This document shows positions 1 through 8,165 of a stretch of DNA of 32,000 bases, one piece after another (position 1 is the first letter of the stretch; every line of letters begins with the position of its first letter). The notes beneath the pieces are model-generated. The model saw only the letters and a list, made by a program, of their open reading frames with translations, made no database searches and was not told the origin of the DNA. The translations under genes and the position numbers were made by a program. The stretch comes from Halorhodospira halophila SL1 (lineage in GTDB: Bacteria; Pseudomonadota; Gammaproteobacteria; Nitrococcales; Halorhodospiraceae), in the NCBI RefSeq assembly GCF_000015585.1, contig NC_008789.1, forward strand, positions 570,001 through 602,000, read 5' to 3'.

Positions 1-51
1 CTGCCGCTGCGGCGGACGGGAGTGGCAGTCAAAGTTCTGTCGACCGGCCAA

Positions 52-71
52 GGCGGCAACCGTTTGCCGCT
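52..71. promoter_or_regulatory. 20-bp inverted repeat GGCGGCA-ACCGTT-TGCCGCt, with two more TTGCCGC copies at 64-70 and 85-91 and TGCCGCC at 106-112, in the intergenic DNA downstream of fleQ
   Basis: Read directly. It has the same architecture as the sites at 4001-4020 and 22700-22719. It lies between the fleQ stop (113) and whatever gene lies off the left edge of the window. Confidence 0.4.
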
Positions 72-112
72 TGACGGTTCGCTCTTGCCGCATGCGGCCC
101 GCCCGTGCCGCC

Positions 113-1513
<1,401 letters not shown>

Positions 1514-1554
1514 CGCACCCCTCCGATGCCGGAACACCTATCTGAGAAAGGGGG

Positions 1555-1583
1555 AGTTTACGCGGGCCACGCGGGGGCGTCAA
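1555..1583 (-). promoter_or_regulatory. Sigma-70-like promoter for fleQ: TTGACG-N17-TAAACT
   Basis: On the minus strand the -35 TTGACG is at 1583-1578, the spacer is exactly 17 nt, and the -10 TAAACT is at 1560-1555. A half-conserved GGCGGCA-N6-TGCC site at 1599-1618 lies 15 nt upstream of the -35. Confidence 0.5.
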
Positions 1584-1614
1584 AAAATCGTCACACTCGG
1601 CGGCAAGGAATTGC

Positions 1615-1962
1615 CTAGTCGGAATAACGCGAGTAGGCGTCGCGGGCCTCGCGCTGGTGGTGTTCATCGCGGGACGCGGCGCCAAGGCGATCCCGCTCGG
1701 CCTCCATCCAGGCTCGGACGGCCCGATCGCACTCCAGGGATTCGGCGAGGGCCTGACGAGCCAGATCGGCGCCGGGGTGGTTCGGGTCCTCGGGCAGCTG
1801 CCGGGCCTGCTTCTCGCGCAGTCCGTTGCGCTCCATGACCCCGTCCCAGTCGCCGGCTTCGGCGCAGCGGCGCATCTGCCGGGACAGCTCGCGGAGGCGC
1901 CGAGCGGTCACGGCCACCGCCGCCCGCTCCTCGCCGCCTCCGGAGCCCTCGCCGCCGGCCAC
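1615..1962 (-). CDS. fliT: Putative FliT-like flagellar export chaperone (called by position)
   Basis: This is a 115-aa ORF that looks helical and charged. It begins 12 nt after the fliS stop with a GTG preceded by AGGAGG at 7-nt spacing. That is the position fliT occupies after fliD-fliS. I recognise no strong sequence motif. Confidence 0.45.
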   Translation of the reverse strand: MAGGEGSGGGEERAAVAVTARRLRELSRQMRRCAEAGDWDGVMERNGLREKQARQLPEDPNHPGADLARQALAESLECDRAVRAWMEAERDRLGAASRDEHHQREARDAYSRYSD

Positions 1963-1973
1963 GGCTGCGCCTC

Positions 1974-2402
1974 CTACTCGCCGCGGGCGGCGGCCGCCGC
2001 GGCGGCCTCGCGGGTCCGCACCTCCGGTGGGATGGCGTCCCAGGCGCTCTTGATCTCGCGCATCAAGGAGGCGACCTCGTCCAGATACTGCACCTCGTTC
2101 TGCGCATTCGCCTCGACCAGGCGGCGCTGCATGTAGGTGTACAGCTCCTCCAGGTTGCCGGCGATTTCGGCGCCGCGCTCGTGGTCGAGCCCGGAACGCA
2201 GGCCGTCGAGGATGGAGATGGCCTTGCTGATCAACTCACCCTTGACCGCGATCTCCTGGCGCTCCATGGCGCCGCGGGCCTGGGCCACGCGATCCAGAAA
2301 CCCGTCCATGAGCAACTGCACCAACCGGTAAGGGTCGGCGTAGGCCGCGCTGGAGTAGGTCCCGACTTGTTGGTATTGGTTTATGCCGCGATGCATGCTC
2401 AT
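1974..2402 (-). CDS. fliS: Flagellin-specific export chaperone FliS
   Basis: The 142-aa protein has typical FliS sequence (YQQVGTYSSAAYADPYRLVQLLMDG ... ELISKAISILDGLRSGLD ... NLEELYTYMQRRL). It has an ATG start and lies downstream of fliD. Confidence 0.9.
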   Translation of the reverse strand: MSMHRGINQYQQVGTYSSAAYADPYRLVQLLMDGFLDRVAQARGAMERQEIAVKGELISKAISILDGLRSGLDHERGAEIAGNLEELYTYMQRRLVEANAQNEVQYLDEVASLMREIKSAWDAIPPEVRTREAAAAAAARGE

Positions 2403-2517
2403 ATCCCGTTCCTACTCTTGGGGGTAGTTGTTGCGCGCTCTCTCCGTTTAGCGGCTGCTACCCGTGATTCTTGAGGGGTGGGGGAGGAACCCCTTTTCCG
2501 GCACCCCGCCGAGCGTG

Positions 2518-3948
2518 TTAATCCCTGCTGTTCATGGCAGCCAGGCGCTGCTCAAGAAACTCCGAGGTCTGATTGAGCTCAGCCACCCTCGAGTCCATGC
2601 GCGAGAACTCGCTCCGCAGCTGGTCCTCGCGCCGCTCCATGCGCCGATCCAGGCGCTCGCGATCATCGGCGATGCGGTCGAGCCGACTCTCGACCCCGTC
2701 GGTCCGCATGTCGATCACGCTATCCCGGCCGAGGGCGTTCTCAAGCACCCCCTCAAGCCGCGACATCACCCCGCTCTCCGGGTCGGTCATCATGCGCGTC
2801 ACCAGCTCTGAGTGCTCACCGACCATCTGCTGCATGCGCTCACCATCAAGATCCAGGGTGCCGTCACGGTTGGTGCGCACACCGAGGTCGCCGAGGGAGG
2901 AAATGGGCGCCCCGTCCAGCGCCTCCACTGGTTCGTTGACGGCCCGACTGAGCTGCGAGAGGAGGTTACGCAGGGTGTGATCCCCCTGCAGCGGACCCGC
3001 CTTCTCGGCCTCGGGGTCGTAGTCGGAGAGCTGGTTGAGCTGGGCCCGCACCTGGTTGAACGAGTCCACCAGACGCTGGATGTTCTCTTCGGCCAGCCCC
3101 GTCTGTTGCTCGATGGAGACGCGGCTGCGGCCCTCCTCCTTGAGGCTGAGGGTGGCGCCCTCGATGGCCCCCTCGATGCGGTTCTCGGGTCGCGTGATCT
3201 GCATGCCGTCGATGGTCACAACGGCATCACTGGCTGGCCGGACCTCCTGAAAGGCGCCCATGGGCTCGCCACTCTGGGGGTCCGCGACGTTGTACTGCAG
3301 AGCTGACAGGTTGCCCTGATCGTCCTCCGGGTCCTGCTCGGCACGGATCTGGGCGATGGCGTTCGCCCGGCCGGTCTGCTCGGTGGCGATCGCCAGTCGC
3401 GGCCCCGCCCCGTCGTCCACCACCGAGGCGCGAAGCCCTTCGGCCTGGGCGTTGATGGCGTCGCGGATGCCGAGCAGCGTGCCCGACTCCTCGTCGATGG
3501 TCACTGCCTGCTCGTTGCCCTCGCCGTCGGTGATCACCAGCCGGCCAGTGCCCACCGCATCGGCGCTGTCCTCGAAGGCACCGCTGGCCGTGGCGAGGCG
3601 CTGGGTCCGCGCCAGCTGCTCGACCTCCACGTCGTACTGACCGGGGCGCGCCTCTTCGCTGGCCGAGACCGCCGCCACACCGGCATTGCTCGACTCGGCG
3701 TCGATGCCGGAGTAGGCACTCGGATCCCCCAACCCCTGCACGGCCTCCTGCAGTTCGCCGATGGTCCCGCGCATCTGCCCGAGGGCCTCGAGCTTCTCCT
3801 GGAGCTCTTGCTCACGCCGATCCAAGCGCTGCTCGGTGGGAGCCCGCTCGGCTCGCACTAGATCCTGGACCATCTTGTTGGTATCGATGCCGGAGCCGAC
3901 GTCCATCTGGCTCGGCATATTCGGCATCTGATCCAGTGGTGAGACCAT
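2518..3948 (-). CDS. fliD: Flagellar filament cap protein FliD
   Basis: The 476-aa protein has FliD-like N- and C-terminal coiled-coil regions (IDTNKMVQDLVRAERAPTEQRLDRREQELQEKL ... RMERREDQLRSEFSRMDSRVAELNQTSEFLEQRL). Its position is flaG-fliD-fliS. Confidence 0.9.
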   Translation of the reverse strand: MVSPLDQMPNMPSQMDVGSGIDTNKMVQDLVRAERAPTEQRLDRREQELQEKLEALGQMRGTIGELQEAVQGLGDPSAYSGIDAESSNAGVAAVSASEEARPGQYDVEVEQLARTQRLATASGAFEDSADAVGTGRLVITDGEGNEQAVTIDEESGTLLGIRDAINAQAEGLRASVVDDGAGPRLAIATEQTGRANAIAQIRAEQDPEDDQGNLSALQYNVADPQSGEPMGAFQEVRPASDAVVTIDGMQITRPENRIEGAIEGATLSLKEEGRSRVSIEQQTGLAEENIQRLVDSFNQVRAQLNQLSDYDPEAEKAGPLQGDHTLRNLLSQLSRAVNEPVEALDGAPISSLGDLGVRTNRDGTLDLDGERMQQMVGEHSELVTRMMTDPESGVMSRLEGVLENALGRDSVIDMRTDGVESRLDRIADDRERLDRRMERREDQLRSEFSRMDSRVAELNQTSEFLEQRLAAMNSRD

Positions 3949-4000
3949 AGGAGGTCGCCTCTTCCGGTATCGCTAAAGGGCCTGTCCGGCTGACCGTGCC

Positions 4001-4020
4001 GGCGGCACACCCGTTCCGCC
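4001..4020. promoter_or_regulatory. 20-bp inverted repeat GGCGGCA-CACCCG-TTCCGCC between the flaG stop and the fliD start
   Basis: Read directly. It matches the flgB-upstream site at 22700-22719 at 17 of 20 positions. It lies 5 nt after the flaG stop and 52 nt before the fliD ATG. Confidence 0.4.
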
Positions 4021-4025
4021 CGCGC

Positions 4026-4439
4026 TCAGGCCTCCCCGTTGAAGAGCAGCCCCTGCACCTCGCGCATGCGCGCAGCGATGGCCAGCATCTCTTCCGGGGG
4101 GATCTGGCGCACCACGTCGTCGGTACCGCGGACGTAGACCGTGACCACCGTCTTGCCGGTGGCGTCGTCGACCCGGAATTCCAGGTCGCGGCCCACCTGC
4201 TGCATGAACTTCTCCATGCGCTCGACCGCCTTGGCCAGCGCCTCCGGGTCATCCGCCTTGAAGTGCTCCAGTGGCTCGAGCTCCCTCAGCGGCACCCGGG
4301 ACCCGTCCTCGACCTCGGCGGCGGCAATGGGCGCTGCCGAGTCCTGCTCGGGAGCGAGGCGCCTGCCCTCCTGATGCTCCGTCGGCCGCGACCAGGCCAT
4401 GCTGCTGGCCACGGAGCTCACCTTGTGCATTTCACTCAT
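4026..4439 (-). CDS. flaG: Flagellar protein FlaG
   Basis: The C-terminal FlaG domain is present (LEFRVDDATGKTVVTVYVRGTDDVVRQIPPEEMLAIAARM). The ATG is preceded by GGGAGG. It lies between the flagellin gene and fliD. Confidence 0.8.
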   Translation of the reverse strand: MSEMHKVSSVASSMAWSRPTEHQEGRRLAPEQDSAAPIAAAEVEDGSRVPLRELEPLEHFKADDPEALAKAVERMEKFMQQVGRDLEFRVDDATGKTVVTVYVRGTDDVVRQIPPEEMLAIAARMREVQGLLFNGEA

Positions 4440-4514
4440 ACAGCCTCCCGACCGGCCCTGCTACCAGGCCCTGGGGCCGGGTTCCGGAAGGCGTCCCGGA
4501 TGTCCCGGCCGTCG

Positions 4515-5993
4515 TTACTGCTGCAACAGCTGTGCCACTTGCTGCGGGATCTCGTTGGCTTGACCCAGCACCGAGGTGCCCGCCTGCTGCAGGATCTGCG
4601 TCCTGGTCATCTCGGCCGTCTCCTCGGCGAAGTCGGCATCCAGGATCCGCGAGCGGGATGCGCTCAGGTTCTCCGAGGAGATGTTCAGATTGTTGATCGT
4701 GGCATCGAACCGGCTCTGGATCGCACCCAGATCAGCCCGGGTGTTGTTGATCTGCTGCAGGGCGAAGTCCACCGCCACGATGGTATCCGACGCAGTCTCC
4801 CGGGTGCGCACATCCACCGGATCCACGCCACCCACCGTGTACGCCTCAGCCTGAAGATCCTCATAGTCGCCGCCGGGCTGCCAGTTCTTGAGCCCGATCG
4901 CCCCGAGGTCGGCGTCGTCGTCCCCCTCCAGCGGATCGACCCGGAGCTCACCACCGATCTCCGTGGACAGGGTGATGCCCCGCTCGACAATCAGCCCGGT
5001 GCTCTCCTCGTCGGTGCGATCCAGGCCCTGTCCGACCGTGGTGCCACCGACGGAGAGCGCTCCCTCGGCATCGTCCGAGATGTACTCCAGCTCGAAGTCG
5101 CTGTTGGAGACGAAGGACCAGCCGTTCTCGCCGTTCTCCAGACGCACCCCGGTCTCCGAGGCCTGGTCGTTGACCCGAGCGGCAAAGTCGCTCATGTCCT
5201 CCATGTCGCCATCGAGCTCAATGGCGTGGTCGTTGATCCGCAGCTGGGCACGCTCCCCTTCCGCGAGACCGTCGAACTCCACCGCCTGGGTCTCGGCACG
5301 GTCGGCGCGCATGGCGGAGACCCCGGTCTCGGCCTGACGCTCGTTGATCTCGCTCGCCACGTCGTTAAGCTCGCGGGCGTCGCCGAGATCGATTTCCTGG
5401 CCGTTGACCTGCAGGCCGCTCGGGAGCTGCACTCCCTCGCCGCCGGCGGTCTGGTGCACGGCACGACCCTCGGCCACATTGGCCCCGAGGTTCTCGGCAC
5501 GCACGTCAACGCCCCCGGCATTGATCGTCTGCCCGCGGTTCGGCCCCACCTGGAAGACCAGCTCGCGCAGGGTGCCGTTGAGCACGTTCTGCTGGTTGAA
5601 CTGGGTGCTCTCGGCGATCCGGCCGATCTCCTGCACGGCAGCCTGCACCTCGCGGTCCAGAGCGGCACGGTCCGACGGCGAGTTGGTGTCGTTGGCCGAC
5701 TGCACCGCCAGCTCGCGGACCCGCTGGAGCAGATTGCTCATCTCTTCCATGGCGCCTTCCGCCGTCTGGGCAAACGAGATGCCGTCATTCGCGTTGCGGG
5801 CGGCCTGATCCATGCCGTTGATCTGGCCGGTGAAGCGCTCACTGATCGCCAGACCGGCGGCATCGTCCCGGGCGCTGTTGATACGCAGCCCCGAGGAGAG
5901 CCGCTCCAGGGCCACCTCCTGGTCGCCCCGGGAAGAATTCAAGTGCCGTTGCGCGTTCAGCGATGCAACGTTGGTGTTGATCACCTGTGCCAT
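4515..5993 (-). CDS. fliC: Flagellin (copy 1, 492 aa)
   Basis: The N-terminus is the canonical MAQVINTNVASLNAQRHL...RLSSGLRINSARDDAAGLAISERF. The C-terminus is LGAIQSRFDATINNLNISSENLSASRSRILDADFAEETAEMTRTQILQQAGTSVLGQAN. The track ORF begins 5 codons upstream (MRRRV); I take the ATG at 5993, which follows GAGGAG. Confidence 0.95.
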   Translation of the reverse strand: MAQVINTNVASLNAQRHLNSSRGDQEVALERLSSGLRINSARDDAAGLAISERFTGQINGMDQAARNANDGISFAQTAEGAMEEMSNLLQRVRELAVQSANDTNSPSDRAALDREVQAAVQEIGRIAESTQFNQQNVLNGTLRELVFQVGPNRGQTINAGGVDVRAENLGANVAEGRAVHQTAGGEGVQLPSGLQVNGQEIDLGDARELNDVASEINERQAETGVSAMRADRAETQAVEFDGLAEGERAQLRINDHAIELDGDMEDMSDFAARVNDQASETGVRLENGENGWSFVSNSDFELEYISDDAEGALSVGGTTVGQGLDRTDEESTGLIVERGITLSTEIGGELRVDPLEGDDDADLGAIGLKNWQPGGDYEDLQAEAYTVGGVDPVDVRTRETASDTIVAVDFALQQINNTRADLGAIQSRFDATINNLNISSENLSASRSRILDADFAEETAEMTRTQILQQAGTSVLGQANEIPQQVAQLLQQ

Positions 5994-6095
5994 GACCCGT
6001 CTCCTCACGTCTGACGCCGTATCGACGCCGTTTCGCTGACCCCAGCGCGAGCGACCCTGTTCGCTTGGGCTCGCGTCTCGCGCTCTTGCCCAAAC

Positions 6096-6122
6096 GTATC
6101 GGCGCTCCCTGACAAAGCTTTA
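6096..6122 (-). promoter_or_regulatory. Sigma-28 (FliA) promoter of flagellin 1: TAAAGCTT-N11-GCCGATAC
   Basis: The minus strand reads TAAAGCTT (6122-6115), an 11-nt spacer, then GCCGATAC (6103-6096). The enterobacterial/pseudomonad consensus is TAAAGTTT-N11-GCCGATAA. It lies about 100 nt upstream of the ATG. Confidence 0.8.
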
Positions 6123-6276
6123 ACGGTCCCGTTTGCTGGAAACGGCAACCGCCGGGTCAGTCCGCGTGAGTTCAGGTCATGCTCCGGATGTCACCTCCGA
6201 GTTTCTTTCGATCGGTTCAGGAGTAATCCTGGCCTGCTTTGAGCTGGGGAGACGGCTCGGGGTCAGCGAGCCGAAA

Positions 6277-6307
6277 GCGGAGCCCGGGGGGTCAAGCCGG
6301 GCTCCGC
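6277..6307 (-). terminator. Hairpin just downstream of flagellin 2, probably a terminator
   Basis: An 11-bp perfect GC-rich stem (GCGGAGCCCGG / CCGGGCTCCGC) encloses a 9-nt loop. It begins 9 nt after the fliC2 stop and is followed on the minus strand by a short TTTCGG tract. Confidence 0.55.
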
Positions 6308-6315
6308 CTCGGGTC

Positions 6316-7725
6316 TTACTGCAGCAGGGTCAGGACGTTCTGCGGTGCCTCGTTGGCCTGGGCCAGGACCGAGGTGCCGGCCTGCTGGAGCACCTGGGCG
6401 CGGGTCATGGCGGCGGTCTCGGCGGCGAAGTCCGCATCCAGAATCCGGGAACGGGAGGCTTCCATGTTCTCGGAGACGTTCTGCAGGTTGCTGGTGGTGG
6501 CCTCGAAGCGGTTCTGCACCGCACCCAGGTCGGCCCGGGCGTCGTTGATCTGCCCCAGGGCGAAGTCCACCGTGCGGATGGCGTCATCGGCATCGGTGCG
6601 GGTGGCCACGCTCAGCGCATCCGGCCCGCTGACCCGGTGACGGCTCATGTCCATCTGCTCGTCGCTCATGCCCAGAGCCGCCAGTGTGTCCGCATCCCCA
6701 TTGACATCCAGGCGCTGCCCCAGATCGGTGGAGAGCTGGACACCCCGCTCGAAGCGCATCCCCGATTCTTCAGCCTCGAGACCCAGATCACCGATCGGGC
6801 TGTTGTCACCCGGCTCGATGCGGAAGTCGGACTCGGAGACGAAGCGCACCTGGTCATCGCCGACCATCTCGGCCCGCACACCCGTGTTGCCCGAGGCCGC
6901 GTTCACCTCGTCGACGAACTCACCCACCCCGGCGTCCTCGCCCACACTGACGGTGGTGCCGTTGATCTCCAGGCTGGAGCCGCCGTCGTTGTTGAAGTCG
7001 AACGCCTCGGTGGTAGCGCGGTCAGCCCGGAAGGCCGTCACGCCCGTGGCACGGGACTGGGCGTTGATGGCGTCCATGGCGTCGGAGACGCTCCGCGAGC
7101 CGCTGACATCAACATCCAGCCCGTTGATGTTGATCGAGCCGTCCAGGTCGAGATCGCCGTAGTCACCGTTCTCGTCCAGGGCCCGCTGCACGGCCTGCCC
7201 CTCACCGATCTCGGCACCCAGGTTGTGGCCGCGCACATCGACACCGCCGGTGTTGATGCTCTGCGCACGGTTGGCGCCCACCTGGAAGACCAGCTCATCC
7301 AGCGAGCCGTCCAGGATGTTCTGGTTGTTGAACTGGGTGCTGGAGGCGATCCGGTCGATCTCCTGCACCGCCTGCTGCACCTCGGCCTCCAGGGCCTGAC
7401 GGTCTTCGGCCGTGTTGGTGTCGTTGGCCGACTGCACCGCCAGCTCACGGACCCGTTGCAGGAGGTTGCCCATCTCCTCCATGGCCCCCTCGGCGGTCTG
7501 GGCGTAGGAGATGCCGTCGTTGGCGTTGCGCTCCGCCTGGTTCATGCCACCGATCTGCGAGGTGAAGCGCTCGCTGATCGCCAGGCCGGCGGCGTCGTCG
7601 GCCGCGGAGTTGATCCGCTGCCCCGAGGAGAGCCGCTCCAGGGCCTGCTGCTGCTCGGCCTGGCTGCTGCTCAGGTGCCGCTGACCGGTCAGGGACGCAA
7701 TGTTGGTGTTGATGACCTGTGCCAT
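6316..7725 (-). CDS. fliC: Flagellin (copy 2, 469 aa)
   Basis: The termini are MAQVINTNIASLTGQRHL...RLSSGQRINSAADDAAGLAISERF and LGAVQNRFEATTSNLQNVSENMEASRSRILDADFAAETAAMTRAQVLQQAGTSVLAQAN. The ATG is preceded by AAGGAG. The central region has diverged from copy 1 but is recognisably homologous. Confidence 0.95.
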   Translation of the reverse strand: MAQVINTNIASLTGQRHLSSSQAEQQQALERLSSGQRINSAADDAAGLAISERFTSQIGGMNQAERNANDGISYAQTAEGAMEEMGNLLQRVRELAVQSANDTNTAEDRQALEAEVQQAVQEIDRIASSTQFNNQNILDGSLDELVFQVGANRAQSINTGGVDVRGHNLGAEIGEGQAVQRALDENGDYGDLDLDGSININGLDVDVSGSRSVSDAMDAINAQSRATGVTAFRADRATTEAFDFNNDGGSSLEINGTTVSVGEDAGVGEFVDEVNAASGNTGVRAEMVGDDQVRFVSESDFRIEPGDNSPIGDLGLEAEESGMRFERGVQLSTDLGQRLDVNGDADTLAALGMSDEQMDMSRHRVSGPDALSVATRTDADDAIRTVDFALGQINDARADLGAVQNRFEATTSNLQNVSENMEASRSRILDADFAAETAAMTRAQVLQQAGTSVLAQANEAPQNVLTLLQ

Positions 7726-7815
7726 TGCCTTTGCTCCTTATACTCCGCTGTTCGGAAGGCCCGGGCGGCCGGTTGTTGCCGCCTGTCGGTACCCATTCTT
7801 TCGCCTTCACTGAGC

Positions 7816-7842
7816 GTATCGGCGCTAGGCGGCAAGGCTTTA
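7816..7842 (-). promoter_or_regulatory. Sigma-28 (FliA) promoter of flagellin 2: TAAAGCCT-N11-GCCGATAC
   Basis: The minus strand reads TAAAGCCT (7842-7835), the 11-nt spacer TGCCGCCTAGC, then GCCGATAC (7823-7816). The spacer itself contains one copy of the TGCCGCC repeat. Confidence 0.8.
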
Positions 7843-8124
7843 CCCCTGGGCGGCAAAAATTTTCCCAAGCGGCAACCGCAGCGGCAAGACAGCGGCAACA
7901 CTCGGCCATCGGCGTGCAACCCGTTGGCGGCTGTAGGGTTGCGAACGGCGGCCGGTTGCCGGCGGAGGCATGGCCACGGTCACCGAGGGAGCCGGACGGA
8001 TCCCGGGAGTTCGACAGGCGGCAACAACGGGGCGCGTTGGGCGGGCAAAAAAATGCCGGGAAGGCAACCCTTCCCGGCAATCAAGCGCCGATCAATCGGC
8101 TGGAGGGAGCCGCCGAGGCGGCAA
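7828..8124. repeat. Array of same-orientation RGCGGCAA octamers upstream of fliC2
   Basis: Perfect plus-strand copies start at 7828, 7849, 7868, 7880, 7891, 8017 and 8117. The spacings among the first five are 21, 19, 12 and 11 nt. There is also a one-base-insertion variant (GGCGGGCAA, 8040-8048). All lie in the 440-nt gap between the fliC2 start and the TonB-dependent receptor stop. Confidence 0.7.
8047..8078 (-). terminator. Rho-independent terminator of the TonB-dependent receptor gene
   Basis: The minus strand reads GCCGGGAAGG-GTTG-CCTTCCCGGC, a 10-bp perfect stem with a 4-nt loop, followed immediately by ATTTTTTT. It begins 88 nt after the receptor stop codon. Confidence 0.85.
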
Positions 8125-8165
8125 GCATGAGCACCCCTGAGTAGCGGGTGACCCGTGACGTGAGA

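Noticed and set aside
28-45. GTCAAAGTTCTGTCGAC, which looks loosely like the Pseudomonas FleQ box (GTCaNTAAATTGAC).
   Set aside because: Only about 8 of 13 informative positions match, and the half-site spacing does not fit. This is not distinguishable from chance.
52-71. The GGCA...TGCC cores of the inverted repeats looked like sigma-54 -24/-12 elements. The same applies at 1602-1615 and 22703-22716.
   Set aside because: The GG-to-GC spacing is one nucleotide shorter than the strictly conserved GG-N10-GC, and on one strand they would point away from any gene. Properly spaced sigma-54 promoters exist separately at 22634-22649 and 24622-24637.
2470-2502. G/C-run hairpin candidates (GGGGTG...CACCCC; GGGG-AGGAA-CCCC followed by TTTT) between fliD and fliS.
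   Set aside because: The T-run lies on the plus strand, where there is no upstream gene. On the minus strand no U-tract follows the stem. fliD-fliS-fliT are most simply read as co-transcribed.
7445-8144. ORFs of 76-211 aa on both strands in the fliC2-to-receptor intergenic region (7445-8080, 7689-7919, 7719-8144, 7840-8067).
   Set aside because: They are Arg/Pro/Gly/Ala-rich, have no SD, and overlap the sigma-28 promoter, the octamer repeat array and the receptor terminator. The region is better explained as regulatory DNA.
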